A stretch of 64,000 nucleotides of DNA from Candidatus Latescibacterota bacterium (lineage in GTDB: Bacteria > Latescibacterota > UBA2968 > UBA8231). The translations under genes were made by a program, and so were the position numbers. Below are positions 18,033-28,568 of the stretch, piece by piece. The DNA lies in the NCBI GenBank assembly GCA_965200315.1, contig OZ241362.1:3520001-3584000 (forward strand). Reading direction: 5' to 3'. Each line of letters begins with the position of its first letter. Within the stretch, counting starts at the first letter, position 1. The notes under the pieces were generated by a model. The model had not been told where the DNA came from. It saw nothing but the letters and a program-made list of their open reading frames with translations, and ran no database searches.

Positions 18033-19613
18033 TTAAAGACTGACTTGTTTGGCCCAGGAGATGTACTCCCTGGAGAGAATATCGTCAACTACGTCGGGGG
18101 TAATCGGCTCATCGACGTTGAGGATGGTCAAGGCTTGGCCACCCATTTGGCGGCGTCCGCACGACATTTGGGCGATGTTGACGTTGTGGCTGCCCATGAC
18201 CGTGCCGATTTGGCCGATGATGCCCGGGACATCGTCGTTGATGTAAAAGAGCATGTGCCCCTCTGGAACGGCGTCGAAAATGTACTCGTCGAGATGCACG
18301 AGACGCGGGTCGCTCTTGCCGAAGATCGTGCCCGCGAGCAGGCGCTGTCCCTTGTTGGTGTGATAGACCACGGTGATAAGGCTGGCGTAGTCCTCGTGCT
18401 CGCTGCTGATCCGCTCATCGACTTGCACGCCGCGCTCTTGCGCGAAAAGAAGCGCATTAACCACGTTGACTGCCGCATCCGAGATGGTCTCCATAATGCC
18501 CTTGAGTACGGCCGAGGTCAGCGGCGAGGTCGGGTAGGCGGTGATGTCGCCTTGGTATTCGATGGTGATGCGCTCTAGCTGTCCCGCGCCGAGCTGGGCT
18601 TGTAGGCGACCTAGCCGCTCGGCCAGCACGAGGTAGGGCTGTAGTTTGCCGTGGATTTCGGGATCGACCGAGGGCGCGTTGACCGCGTTGCGAACGACGC
18701 GCCCCATCAGCACGTCGCCGACCTGCTCGGCCACCTGCAAGGCGACGTTGGCTTGGGCTTCCTTGGTGGAGGCCGCCAAGTGCGGTGTGCAGATTACGCG
18801 GTCGTCAACCAAAAGGTCCACGAGGGCCGGCGGCTCCTCCTCGAAGACGTCTAGGGCGGCACCAGCGACCTTGCCCGAGTTCAAGCCGCGCAGGAGGGCG
18901 GCTTCGTCAATGATGCCGCCGCGGGCGCAGTTGATTAGATAAACCCCGTCTTTGCACTGCGCGATCTGGTCGTCGGAAATCAGGTGCCGGGTCTGGTCGC
19001 TAAGATGGGTGTGGACCGTGATGAAATGTGCGGCAGCGTAGATTTCGTCGAGGGACGCCAGATGTGCGCCGTAGGAAAGGGCCATCTCTTGACCGATGTA
19101 GGGATCGTAGCCGAGGACCTTCATGCGAAAGGCCGCGGCGCGCGCGGCCACCTCCCTCCCCACTCGGCCCAAGCCGATTACGGCGAGGGTCTTGCCGGCT
19201 AGCTCGACGCCGACGAATTGGCCTCGCTCCCACAGCCCCTTTTTAAGCGAGGACGTGGCCTGCGGGACGTGCCGCGCAAGGGAGGCTATGAGCGCGAAGG
19301 TGTGCTCGGCGGTCGAGAGGGAATTGCCGCCCGGAGTGTTCATGACGATGACGCCGTGGCGCGTTGCTGCCTCTACGTCGATGTTGTCGAAGCCCGTGCC
19401 AGCGCGGCCAATGACCCGGAGGCGTGTCGCAGCGGCGAGGACTTCGGTCGTCACCTTGGTTGCGCTGCGCACGACGAGTCCTTCGTAGTCGCCGATGCAG
19501 TCTAGGAGTGTGCGCGGCGACAATCCACTGCACACATCTACTGAGATCCCGTCGTTGGCTTCGAGAATCTCGACGCAGCGGGGGTCCATCTTGTCGCTGA
19601 TCAGTACTTTCAT
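18033..19613 (-). CDS. serA: D-3-phosphoglycerate dehydrogenase (type I, ASB+ACT)
   Basis: VRSATKVT, GLGRVG, NCARGG, TPHLAAST, C-terminal ACT domain. Confidence 0.95.
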   Translation of the reverse strand: MKVLISDKMDPRCVEILEANDGISVDVCSGLSPRTLLDCIGDYEGLVVRSATKVTTEVLAAATRLRVIGRAGTGFDNIDVEAATRHGVIVMNTPGGNSLSTAEHTFALIASLARHVPQATSSLKKGLWERGQFVGVELAGKTLAVIGLGRVGREVAARAAAFRMKVLGYDPYIGQEMALSYGAHLASLDEIYAAAHFITVHTHLSDQTRHLISDDQIAQCKDGVYLINCARGGIIDEAALLRGLNSGKVAGAALDVFEEEPPALVDLLVDDRVICTPHLAASTKEAQANVALQVAEQVGDVLMGRVVRNAVNAPSVDPEIHGKLQPYLVLAERLGRLQAQLGAGQLERITIEYQGDITAYPTSPLTSAVLKGIMETISDAAVNVVNALLFAQERGVQVDERISSEHEDYASLITVVYHTNKGQRLLAGTIFGKSDPRLVHLDEYIFDAVPEGHMLFYINDDVPGIIGQIGTVMGSHNVNIAQMSCGRRQMGGQALTILNVDEPITPDVVDDILSREYISWAKQVSL

Positions 19614-19621
19614 AGCCCTCT

Positions 19622-20215
19622 TTAGGTTGCGTTGCCAGCGAGTGCCTCGGCGATCCACCCTGTAATGTCGTCCTGCCCGCGGCCATTGACTGCCGAGAAC
19701 GGCGCGAAGGAAAGGCCAGCGAGCGATCCTTGGTCATCGAGCTGGTTGAATAGGTGTTGCAGCTTGTTGCGCGACAGTTTATCCGCTTTGGTAAAGACCA
19801 GCAGAAAAGGCTTATCAAGGGTGCACAAATGGTCAATCATCTGCCGGTCCAAATCGGTGGGGCCGTGCCGGGCATCGATGAGCTGCAACACCGCGCATAA
19901 TGCTGCGCGATTGGCCATGTAGCTACGGATGAGCTGGCCGAGCTGCAAGCGCAAGCCCACGCCGCCGCGCACGTACCCGTAGCCAGGCAGATCGACCAAG
20001 TAGAACTGCTCGTTGGCTAGGTAGTAGTTCAACTGTTGGGTCTTACCGGGTGTAGTGCTGGTGCGCGCCAGCTTCTTGCGCTGCACCAACCTGTTGATCA
20101 GGGAGGACTTGCCGACGTTGGAGCGACCCACTAAGGCGATTTCAGGCAAGCCATCCTTGGGCAGATCGGCCGTGCGGACAGCGCCAATTTTGAATTCGAC
20201 CGAGGAAAAGCGCAT
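19622..20215 (-). CDS. engB: Ribosome biogenesis GTPase YihA/EngB
   Basis: GRSNVGKSS, DLPGYG, TKADK. Confidence 0.96.
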   Translation of the reverse strand: MRFSSVEFKIGAVRTADLPKDGLPEIALVGRSNVGKSSLINRLVQRKKLARTSTTPGKTQQLNYYLANEQFYLVDLPGYGYVRGGVGLRLQLGQLIRSYMANRAALCAVLQLIDARHGPTDLDRQMIDHLCTLDKPFLLVFTKADKLSRNKLQHLFNQLDDQGSLAGLSFAPFSAVNGRGQDDITGWIAEALAGNAT

Positions 20216-20231
20216 CGCCGGGGCTTGAGAA

Positions 20232-21482
20232 TTAGGCGCGTTTGCGCCGCATCTCTTCGTCTTCGCTGCTGTACTGCTCGATCCCTCTATCGATCATCTC
20301 GCCCGTAACTTGCAGGCGCGTCACGCCCTCCTGAGAGGGAATGTCGAACATGATGTCCATCATGGCCTGCTCCAAGACGGAGCGCAGGCCGCGGGCCCCA
20401 GTGCCCTTGTGAACGGTCAAGGCCACTATTTTGCGCAGGGCGTCCTCGGTGAACTTGACCTCGACCCCGTCCATGGCGAAGAGCCGCTGCGACTGCTTGA
20501 TGATGGCGTCGTGCGGCTCGGTGAGGATGCGAAACAAGTCGTCCTCGGCGAGCTCGTCCATGGTGGTGATTACTGGTATGCGGCCGACAAATTCGGGGAT
20601 CATGCCGTAGGCGAGCAGATCTTCGGGCTGTACCAGCGGCAATACGTCTGGGGTGTCAGAGTCGTGCTCGTCATCGCTGTCGGCTCCAAAGCCCATGGTG
20701 CGCTTGCCGACCCGTTGGCTGATGACCTTGTCCAGCCCCTCGAAGGCTCCGCCGCAGACGAAGAGGATGTTGCGGGTGTTCATCTGAATCATCGGCTGCT
20801 CAGGGTGCTTCCGGCCTCCCTTGGGCGGGATGTTGGCAGTGGTGCCCTCTAAAATTTTGAGCAGTGCTTGCTGCACACCCTCGCCTGACACGTCGCGGCC
20901 GACCGAAGGCGTGGCACTCTTGCGGGCAATTTTGTCAACCTCGTCGAGATAGAGGATGCCCTTTTCAGCGCGGGGCACGTCGTAATCGGCCGCTTGCAAA
21001 AGGCTCACGAGGATATTTTCCACGTCCTCGCCCACGTAGCCAGCTTCGGTGAGAATGGTCGCGTCGGCAATGGAGAAGGGGACTTGCAGAAACTTTGCCA
21101 GCGTTTTGGCCAGCTCGGTCTTGCCAGTGCCGGTGGGGCCGATGAGCATTACGTTGCTTTTTTCGAGCTCCACCTCGTCTAAGTCAACTTTGGTGCGAAT
21201 GCGCTTGTAGTGGTTGTACACGGCGACCGCGAGGATTTTCTTGGCCCGCTCTTGGGCGATCACGTATTCGTCGAGAAAATCCTTGATTTGGCCCGGCTTG
21301 GGCATCTCTGCGGTCTCCCAGGGGAGGGTCTTTTGCCGCTCCTCGGCGAGGACGTCGTTGCACAGCTTGACGCACTCGTTGCAGATGTGGACCTGGGGGC
21401 CGGTTATGATCTTGTCAACTTGGTTGTGGCTGCGCCCGCAGAACGAGCAGCGCGGATCGCTTTGGGGGGGCCGACGGCGCAA
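20232..21482 (-). CDS. clpX: ATP-dependent Clp protease ATP-binding subunit
   Basis: CSFCG Zn finger, [22 protein letters not shown]. Confidence 0.97.
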   Translation of the reverse strand: MRRRPPQSDPRCSFCGRSHNQVDKIITGPQVHICNECVKLCNDVLAEERQKTLPWETAEMPKPGQIKDFLDEYVIAQERAKKILAVAVYNHYKRIRTKVDLDEVELEKSNVMLIGPTGTGKTELAKTLAKFLQVPFSIADATILTEAGYVGEDVENILVSLLQAADYDVPRAEKGILYLDEVDKIARKSATPSVGRDVSGEGVQQALLKILEGTTANIPPKGGRKHPEQPMIQMNTRNILFVCGGAFEGLDKVISQRVGKRTMGFGADSDDEHDSDTPDVLPLVQPEDLLAYGMIPEFVGRIPVITTMDELAEDDLFRILTEPHDAIIKQSQRLFAMDGVEVKFTEDALRKIVALTVHKGTGARGLRSVLEQAMMDIMFDIPSQEGVTRLQVTGEMIDRGIEQYSSEDEEMRRKRA

Positions 21483-21491
21483 AACAAGCTC

Positions 21492-22100
21492 CTAGATTGG
21501 GGAAGGGGCTACCTCGACGCGCGATGGAGCGATGATCTCGTCGATGATGCCGTATTCGACGGCTTCTGCTGCCGACATGAAAAAATCGCGCTCGGTGTCG
21601 CGCTCAATGCGCTCCAGCGGCTGCCCAGTACACTCGACTAATACCTCGTTGATCTGCTGGCGCATGGCAATGATCTCGCGGGCATGGATTTCCATGTCGG
21701 CCGCTTGGCCGCCAATTCCGCCCATGGGCTGGTGCAGCAAGACGCGGGCGTTGGGCAGGGCTTGGCGCTTGCCTTTGGTGCCGCCGGCCAACAGTATAGC
21801 CCCCATGCTGGATGCTTGGCCGATACAGATCGTGGATATGTCGGCGGCCACGTACTGCATGGTGTCGTAGATGGCCATGCCTGCCGAAATCAGCCCGCCA
21901 GGGGTATTGAGATAGAGCGCGATGTCCTTTTTGGGATCTTCAGAAGCAAGAAAAAGTATCTGGGCGATGATGAGATTGGCGATCGCATCGTTGATCGGAG
22001 TGCCGGCGAAGATGATGCGGTCCTTGAGCAGTCGCGAGTAGATGTCGTATGAGCGCTCGCCTCGGCCGGTCTGTTCGATGACCATTGGAATCAGCGACAT
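21492..22100 (-). CDS. clpP: ATP-dependent Clp protease proteolytic subunit
   Basis: [23 protein letters not shown]. Confidence 0.97.
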   Translation of the reverse strand: MSLIPMVIEQTGRGERSYDIYSRLLKDRIIFAGTPINDAIANLIIAQILFLASEDPKKDIALYLNTPGGLISAGMAIYDTMQYVAADISTICIGQASSMGAILLAGGTKGKRQALPNARVLLHQPMGGIGGQAADMEIHAREIIAMRQQINEVLVECTGQPLERIERDTERDFFMSAAEAVEYGIIDEIIAPSRVEVAPSPI

Positions 22101-22103
22101 GAT

Positions 22104-23336
22104 TTATACCTTTTCCTCTTGGATTTCGGCTTTGGCAATGAGCAAGTCAAAGACCTTTTGGTCTTCCAACTCTCGCCGCAATTCTTCCGAGTCTTGCGAG
22201 TTGGCAGGTTGGACGCTAGCGCGAGCGGCGGCGAATTGGGCAAGTTCTTCGTCGGTTACTTCGACCCCGGCTTGTTGGCGTACGCTTTCGAGCAGCAGAT
22301 AGCTCTTGAGCTGGCGCGTGGCTTGGGTGCGCTCTTCGTCGCTGTGGCTGTGGTCGTGGTCGTGATCGTGATCAGCGTGCTCTCGTTCGAGCGAGTCGAG
22401 GTAGTTATCGACCATGCTGTCGGGCAGTTCAAAGTCGTTTTTTAGGATGAGCTGGCTGATCAACTCGCTGCGCAGGCGCTGCTGGGCCATGTATTCCCAG
22501 CGCTGTTGGATCTGCCCGCTGAGGTGCTCCTGCAAGTCGTCGAGGGTCTGGAACTGTTCGCCGAGGTCCTTGGCGAACTCGTCGTCGAGCTCAGGCAGGG
22601 TGCGCTCGCGCACCTCGTGGGCTGCTACTGAGAAATGCGTGGTCTGGCCGGCGAGCTGTTCGTTGGGTAGATCTTCTCGGTAGGCGAAGCGGACCTTGCG
22701 CTCTTCGCCAGCGCTCATGCCAACGAGGGCCTCTTCAAACTCGGGGCTGAGGGCGTTTTCGTCGCCGATGAGGATATGGCGCTTCTCGTACTTGTCGCCA
22801 ATGAAGGGCAAGCCGCTGTCGTCGAGGCGCTGCAAATCCGCGACGAGCACGTCGCCCTTGGCCAACGGCCGCTCGACGACGCGCTCAGTGGCGTGGCGGC
22901 GGCGCAACTCTTCTAGATGCTCGCCGATTTCCTCGTCCGCCACCTCGTGTACCATGCGGGTGGCGGCGAGCTTTTCGTAGTGCTCGGCTTCGATCTCGGG
23001 CCAGATGTCGAAAGCCGCGGTGAACGTTAGGCTGCCTCCCGGCTCGTGGTCGAGTTGGGAGATTTTGGGTGGTGCGGCCGGTCGCAGGCCGGCCTCGCGC
23101 GTGGCTTCTTCTAGTAGCGAGGGGAGGAGATCGCCGAGGACTTCGCCGCGGATGGAACTGCCCAAGCGCGCCGCGACGATTCTGAGCGGCACTTTGCCCT
23201 TGCGGAAGCCTGGGAGCTCCAGCCGCTTTTGGTAGCGTCGCAGGGCCTTATTGACGGCGTCGTCGATGCGCACGGCCTCGACTTCAACGGCTAGCTCGCG
23301 TGCCCACTGGCCCTTTTCTGTGACTTGAGTCTTCAC
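22104..23336 (-). CDS. tig: Trigger factor
   Basis: PGFRKGKVP ribosome-binding motif, LPELDDEFAK; tig-clpP-clpX synteny; GTG start chosen from AAAGG RBS. Confidence 0.95.
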   Translation of the reverse strand: MKTQVTEKGQWARELAVEVEAVRIDDAVNKALRRYQKRLELPGFRKGKVPLRIVAARLGSSIRGEVLGDLLPSLLEEATREAGLRPAAPPKISQLDHEPGGSLTFTAAFDIWPEIEAEHYEKLAATRMVHEVADEEIGEHLEELRRRHATERVVERPLAKGDVLVADLQRLDDSGLPFIGDKYEKRHILIGDENALSPEFEEALVGMSAGEERKVRFAYREDLPNEQLAGQTTHFSVAAHEVRERTLPELDDEFAKDLGEQFQTLDDLQEHLSGQIQQRWEYMAQQRLRSELISQLILKNDFELPDSMVDNYLDSLEREHADHDHDHDHSHSDEERTQATRQLKSYLLLESVRQQAGVEVTDEELAQFAAARASVQPANSQDSEELRRELEDQKVFDLLIAKAEIQEEKV

Positions 23337-23400
23337 GAAACGCAACCTTTACAAGGCTAGGGCGCACCGCCAAATCGCAGGCAGTGCGCTCGTTTATTCA

Positions 23401-23487
23401 TGGTGCGAAAGGGGGGACTCGAACCCCCAAGCCCTTGCGGGCACTAGATCCTAAATCTAGCGCGTCTGCCAGTTCCGCCACTTTCGC
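23401..23487 (-). tRNA. tRNA-Leu (TAG)
   Basis: Minus strand GCGAAAGTGGCGGAACTGGCAGACGCG-CTAGA-TTTAGGA-TCTAG, long variable arm, GGTTCGAGTCC, 3' CCA. Confidence 0.97.
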
Positions 23488-23579
23488 TATACCGGATACA
23501 GCATCGCAATGCGAAAATTTGCGCCAAGGAGGGTTATAGCCCAAGCGCGAAGGATAATATCAGGATTTATACTACCGGG

Positions 23580-24953
23580 TCAAGGGATTTGCCAAGCGTC
23601 CATGCGGCTCTCAAGGTGGGCGCGCAGCTCGGCTGTGGGCACCCGCTCTTGGGCCATGGTGTCGCGAGCGCGCACGGTGACGGTCTGGTCCGCTAGGGTA
23701 TCCGAATCGACCGTTAGGCAGAACGGCGTTCCCACCTCGTCCATGCGCCGGTAGCGGCGGCCGATCGCGCCGCCTTCGTCGTAAAAAACCCGCATGTAAG
23801 GCCGGAGGTCCTCGGCGATTTGCCGGGCGACAGCGGGCATGCCATCGCGTTTGACGAGGGGCAATACCGCCGCTTTGAGCGGCGCAATGCGCGGGTGAAA
23901 GCGCATTACCACCCGGGTCTCGCCCCGGACCTCTTCCTCGTGGTATGCCTCGACTAAGCAAGCCATTAGTGTGCGGCTGGCCCCTATTGAGGTTTCTACT
24001 ACGTAGGGCACGAACTTGGTGCGTTGTTCCTCATCGAAGTACTTGAGCTGTTTGCCCGAGAATTTTTCGTGCTGCGACAGGTCGTAGTCGCCGCGATTGT
24101 GGATGCCCTCGATCTCACCCGGGCCAAAGGGAAACTCGTACTGGATGTCGAAGGCGGCGCGGGCATAGTGGGCTAGTTCGTCGCCTTGGTGTTCGTGCCA
24201 GCTCAGCTTGCGTTCGGGCAGGCCGATGTGCGCGAACCACTTCCAGCGCTCCTCGCGCCAATAGTCAAACCACTCGTCTTGGGTGCCCGGCGCGACGAAG
24301 TACTGCATCTCCATCTGCTCGAACTCCCGAGTGCGGAAGAGGAAGTTCTTGGTGTTGATCTCGTTGCGGAATGCCTTGCCAATCTGGGCGATCCCAAAGG
24401 GCAGCTTCTGGCGAGTCGCCGCCTGCACGTTGAGGTAGTTGACGAAGATGCCCTGCGCCGTCTCCGGGCGGAGAAAGACCCGCGCACTGTCGTCTTCAAG
24501 CGGGCCAACGAAGGTCTTGAACATCAAGTTGAATTGCCGCGGGTCGCTCAGCTCGTTGCCCTTGGGGCTTTTGATGTTGCGCTCGCGGAGTAGCGCACCC
24601 ATCTCCTCGGCGCTCAGCCCCGCTACGTCTATGCCGTTTTCTTCGAGGAGCTGGTCGAGCCGAAAGCGCTCGTTGGTCTTGCGATCTTCGACCATGGGGT
24701 CGGTAAAGCTCTCGACGTGGCCCGATGCCTCCCACACCCGCTGATTCATGAGGATGCTGGCGTCGATGCCCTCCACATCCTCTCGGTAGGTCATGGCCTT
24801 CCACCAGACCTCTTTGATGTTGCGCAACAGCTCGACGCCCAAAGGACCGTAATCCCAGCAGCCGTTGAGGCCGCCGTAGATTTCCGAGCTTTGGTAGATG
24901 AAGCCTTTGCGCTTGCACAGGGATACTAGTTTTTCCATTGCGTCGTCGGACAT
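23580..24953 (-). CDS. glyQS: Glycine--tRNA ligase (dimeric alpha2 type)
   Basis: LRPETAQGIF, FRNEI, TREFEQME, IGRRYRRMDEVGTP anticodon domain. Confidence 0.96.
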   Translation of the reverse strand: MSDDAMEKLVSLCKRKGFIYQSSEIYGGLNGCWDYGPLGVELLRNIKEVWWKAMTYREDVEGIDASILMNQRVWEASGHVESFTDPMVEDRKTNERFRLDQLLEENGIDVAGLSAEEMGALLRERNIKSPKGNELSDPRQFNLMFKTFVGPLEDDSARVFLRPETAQGIFVNYLNVQAATRQKLPFGIAQIGKAFRNEINTKNFLFRTREFEQMEMQYFVAPGTQDEWFDYWREERWKWFAHIGLPERKLSWHEHQGDELAHYARAAFDIQYEFPFGPGEIEGIHNRGDYDLSQHEKFSGKQLKYFDEEQRTKFVPYVVETSIGASRTLMACLVEAYHEEEVRGETRVVMRFHPRIAPLKAAVLPLVKRDGMPAVARQIAEDLRPYMRVFYDEGGAIGRRYRRMDEVGTPFCLTVDSDTLADQTVTVRARDTMAQERVPTAELRAHLESRMDAWQIP

Positions 24954-24969
24954 GAAAATCTCCAGTGAG

Positions 24970-25749
24970 TTAGACGGGTAAAGCGGCCTTGTTGAGGCCA
25001 TCGAGAAAGTCGAGCGATTTGAGTCGGCTGTGCTCGCCCCCGTGGTGTTCGAGAAAGCCGCGCAAAGCCATGCGGATCTCGCCGCGCTGGGAAGGGGCTT
25101 GGGGGAGAGCCGCCTTGCTGTAGGTTCTAAGCCCTTGGAGGACGGTGAGAAAGCGCAAGCTGCGCTGAGCTAAGCGCACTCCATTCCCGGGTCCGCAGGC
25201 CGTGCACAGGCCGCCGCCAAGGGCCGCGCTGAACCACGACGAGGGGCCGACTAGATTGCGTCGACAGGTAATGCACTGGCGCAGCTCTGGGCGGTAGCCG
25301 AGGGCTGCGGCCGCACGTAGCTGGAAGTACCAGAATAGCGATTCGACCTGCTCTGGCTCCACTTCGGCAAGCCCGTGCAACACCCCGGCTAGGCATTGAT
25401 AGAGCCGGGAGTTGCCCTCGCCTTCGATCGTCAGGCGATCCACTAGCTCGCAGGCGGCGCTGCCAAAGGAAAGTCGCTCTAGGCTTTGCGATAAGTCGGG
25501 CGCTGGTTTGAGCAGAGTGCATTCGCTCAGGGTTTGCAGGTCGCGGGTCTCTTTGACGTAGCAGACGGCTTGGACTTCACTCATCAAGCCGAGCGCGGCT
25601 CCGAAACGGCTCTTGGGCTTGCGAGCACCTCGGGCCATGGCCTTGAGCTTGCCATACTCCTGAGCATACAGCGTCACTAGGCTACTGGTCTCGCCCATGC
25701 GCATAGTGCGCAGTACGATGGCGCGCGTTTTGACGATAGTGCGCGGCAC
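24970..25749 (-). CDS. recO: DNA repair protein RecO
   Basis: AIVLR...GETS, ARGARKPKSRF, CITC...CTAC Zn site. Confidence 0.92.
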   Translation of the reverse strand: MPRTIVKTRAIVLRTMRMGETSSLVTLYAQEYGKLKAMARGARKPKSRFGAALGLMSEVQAVCYVKETRDLQTLSECTLLKPAPDLSQSLERLSFGSAACELVDRLTIEGEGNSRLYQCLAGVLHGLAEVEPEQVESLFWYFQLRAAAALGYRPELRQCITCRRNLVGPSSWFSAALGGGLCTACGPGNGVRLAQRSLRFLTVLQGLRTYSKAALPQAPSQRGEIRMALRGFLEHHGGEHSRLKSLDFLDGLNKAALPV

Positions 25750-25753
25750 AGCG

Positions 25754-26035
25754 TCACTCGCCTTCTTTTGTAGGCAGGGGGATGACCACCTCGCCCGGCT
25801 TGACCAAGCCGAGGTCTTCACGTGCGACTCTTTCGATGAAATCGATGTCGCTTTCGAGCAGTTTTAGCACTTGGCGCAAGCTGTCTGTTTCAGCTTCTAG
25901 TTGTTGCACCTGCGCTTCCAACTCCGTTAGGGTCTTCTCTTCCTGCCACACCTTGTAGAACAGCCCATTGCCAAAGGCCACGTAAGCCACCAGAGCGAAG
26001 AAGGCGATCAGCAAGAGCTTAGCTGTCTTAGTCAT
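25754..26035 (-). CDS. ftsB: Septum formation initiator (FtsB/DivIC family)
   Basis: TM helix, coiled coil, IERVAREDLGLVKPGE. Confidence 0.88.
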   Translation of the reverse strand: MTKTAKLLLIAFFALVAYVAFGNGLFYKVWQEEKTLTELEAQVQQLEAETDSLRQVLKLLESDIDFIERVAREDLGLVKPGEVVIPLPTKEGE

Positions 26036-26042
26036 GTCGATT

Positions 26043-27188
26043 TTAGAATAAGACGAGGTCGTCGCGGTGGATGACTTCGCGGGCGGGGCGGCCCAATGCA
26101 CTGGCGACTTCGGGCGAGCTCATGCCCAATATGCGGCGCAGCTCAGAGGACGAGTAGCGGCACAAGCCCCTCCCCAGCTTCTCGCCGCGCTCGCCAATCA
26201 CCTGTACCACATCGCCCGCGTCAAACTCGCCCTCGCAGGAGACGACCCCTACTGGAAGCAGGCTCTTGTCCTGCTCGGCAATGGCGCGTTGGGCCCCGCG
26301 GTCAATCACCGCATTGCCGCGACACTGGCTGGCAAAACCGATCCAGCGATGCCGGCTGTTGAGCTTGCGGCCAGTCGGCAGAAAGAGCGTCCCTTGCTCG
26401 CGGCCGGCGAGGATGTGGTGCAAGCGGTGTTTGCGCCCGTGCGCGATGACCACCATTTCGCCGCAGGCCATCAAAAGCCGAGCGGCTCGCAGCTTAGTCG
26501 CCATACCGCCACTGCCGCGCCCGTCGAGCGAGCGACCAATCATCCCCTCTAGGTCGAGGCTGTCTTGGCTTACTTGGTTTACTAGCTTGCCTTCGGGGCC
26601 GTGCGGACCGAAGGCGTGGTACAGCCCCTCGACATCCGAAAACATGACCAACATATCCGCCCGAATCAGGTTCGTCACATAAGCAGCAAGCATATCGTTT
26701 TCTCCGAGCTGACGGCGGAGTTCGGCAACGGCGACGCTGTCGTTTTCGTTGATTAGGGGCACGGCCCCATAGGCAAAGAGGTTGCGAAAGGTGTTTTCGA
26801 GATTTACGTAGCGATGGCGGTCGCCGAGGATGTCCTCGGCGGTTAAGAGCACTTGGCCGATGGGTACTCCGCAGCGGTGAAATTTGTCCTTGTAGATATC
26901 CATCAACAGGACTTGGCCGATGGCCGCGAGGGCTTGTAGTTGGGCGATGTTGTCTGGGCGTCTGTCCAATTCCATCCGCCCCATGCCCGCGGCCACCGCT
27001 CCCGAGGTGATGATCGCTACCTCCAATCCCTGTGAGCGCAATTCGGCTACGTCTTCGACGAGTTGGGTGACGACCTCGTCGTCGAGCTTGTGGCACCGAG
27101 TGGTCAGGGAGCTACTGCCGATCTTGACTACCAGCCGCTGCACTTCGCTCATCAGTGCCGGCCGCGACACTTCGGTTGCCTCGGTCAC
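26043..27188 (-). CDS. proB: Glutamate 5-kinase with PUA domain
   Basis: VVKIGSS, INEND, GSGGMATKL, VIHRDDLV. Confidence 0.95.
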   Translation of the reverse strand: MTEATEVSRPALMSEVQRLVVKIGSSSLTTRCHKLDDEVVTQLVEDVAELRSQGLEVAIITSGAVAAGMGRMELDRRPDNIAQLQALAAIGQVLLMDIYKDKFHRCGVPIGQVLLTAEDILGDRHRYVNLENTFRNLFAYGAVPLINENDSVAVAELRRQLGENDMLAAYVTNLIRADMLVMFSDVEGLYHAFGPHGPEGKLVNQVSQDSLDLEGMIGRSLDGRGSGGMATKLRAARLLMACGEMVVIAHGRKHRLHHILAGREQGTLFLPTGRKLNSRHRWIGFASQCRGNAVIDRGAQRAIAEQDKSLLPVGVVSCEGEFDAGDVVQVIGERGEKLGRGLCRYSSSELRRILGMSSPEVASALGRPAREVIHRDDLVLF

Positions 27189-27958
27189 TGGCGCACCGTG
27201 ACTCCGCGCTCGCGCAGAAAGCTCTTAACTTCGGGGATAGAGTAATGCTGGAAGTGGAAGATGGAGGCCGCCAGCGCGGCGCTGGCCTCGCCTTCGGTCA
27301 GCACCTTGTGGATGTGGTCGAGGTTGCCGGCGCCGCCCGAGGCGACGATGGGCACATCCACGTGGCGCGCCACTGCTTGGTTTAGCGCGAGGTCGTACCC
27401 AGCGCGCGTCCCGTCGGCGTCGATGCTGTTGAGCACCAACTCGCCCGCTCCGCGATCGACGAGAGCTTCTACCCACTCTAAGGCGTCGATGCCGGTAGCT
27501 TTGCGGCCGCCGTTGATGTACAGCTCCCACGATGGCGGCTCGCCGGGCGCGGTTGGACGCCTGAGCGCGTCGATAGCCGCGACAATGCACTGCGAGCCGA
27601 AGCTCTCCGCGCTTTGGTTGATGATTTCCGGCGAATACACATGGGCCGAGTTGATCGAGACCTTATCGGCACCGGTCTTGAGAATGTGGCGCACATCCGC
27701 AAAGGTGCGAATGCCGCCGCCGACCATTAGAGGAATGAATACTCGCTCGGAGACTTGGCGCACGAGATCCATGACGATGGCGCGGCCATCGGCCGAAGCA
27801 GTGATGTCGTAGAAGACGAGCTCGTCTGCACCCTCGGCGTCGTAGCGTGCAGCTAGCTCGACGGGATCGCCGGCGTCGCGGTCGGCCGAAAAGCGTACTC
27901 CGCGCACGTTGCGGCCATTTTTGACATCTAGACAGGGAATGATTCGCTTGGCGAGCAT
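27185..27958 (-). CDS. hisF: Imidazole glycerol phosphate synthase subunit HisF
   Basis: KRIIPCLDV, GADELVFYDITAS, ASGGAG, LAASIFH. Confidence 0.96.
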   Translation of the reverse strand: MLAKRIIPCLDVKNGRNVRGVRFSADRDAGDPVELAARYDAEGADELVFYDITASADGRAIVMDLVRQVSERVFIPLMVGGGIRTFADVRHILKTGADKVSINSAHVYSPEIINQSAESFGSQCIVAAIDALRRPTAPGEPPSWELYINGGRKATGIDALEWVEALVDRGAGELVLNSIDADGTRAGYDLALNQAVARHVDVPIVASGGAGNLDHIHKVLTEGEASAALAASIFHFQHYSIPEVKSFLRERGVTVRQ

Positions 27959-27965
27959 AATCTCT

Positions 27966-28568
27966 TCAGCTCAGGCGTGCGAAGTTGTCGAGAAGGCGCA
28001 AGCCGTGGACTTGGCTCTTTTCTGGATGAAATTGTACTCCAAAGACGCGGCCGTTCCCGGCGACTGAAGTGTAGTCAATCCCGTAGTCGGTCGTGGCGAC
28101 GCAATCGTCTTTGTTTTTGTTGACCACGTAATAAGAATGCACAAAATAGAAAAAACTTCCTTCGGGTACGCCCCCTAAAAGCGAGACCTTGCGCTTGATG
28201 GCGATTTGGTTCCAGCCGATCTGTGGCACTCGCTCGGTAGGCGGGAAACGCACGCATTTGCCCGGCAGGATTCCGAGGCCGCGATGCCTCCCCATTTCCT
28301 CGCTTTCCTCGAACATGAGCTGCAATCCCACGCAGATTCCCAAGAAGGGTTTGTCAGCCGCGATGCCCTCGGCGATGGCTGCATCCCAACCGGCGGTCTG
28401 CAAGTTGTGCATGGCATCGCCAAAGGCCGCGTCGCCGGGCAGTACGAGATGCGTGGCCGCGCTTAGGCGCTCGGGGGCTTCGACGATCTCGGCTTCATAG
28501 CCAAGGAATTCAAAGGCTTTCTGTACGCTGCGCAGATTGCCCATGCCGTAGTCGATGACTGCAATCAC
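27966..28568 (-). CDS. hisH: Imidazole glycerol phosphate synthase subunit HisH
   Basis: DYGMGNL, LGICVG, YFVHSY, QFHPEKS. Confidence 0.96.
   Translation of the reverse strand: MIAVIDYGMGNLRSVQKAFEFLGYEAEIVEAPERLSAATHLVLPGDAAFGDAMHNLQTAGWDAAIAEGIAADKPFLGICVGLQLMFEESEEMGRHRGLGILPGKCVRFPPTERVPQIGWNQIAIKRKVSLLGGVPEGSFFYFVHSYYVVNKNKDDCVATTDYGIDYTSVAGNGRVFGVQFHPEKSQVHGLRLLDNFARLS

Noticed and set aside
23401-23487. tRNA-Leu as an island integration site
   Set aside because: Flanked by glyQS and tig in normal synteny; I saw no duplicated 3' end
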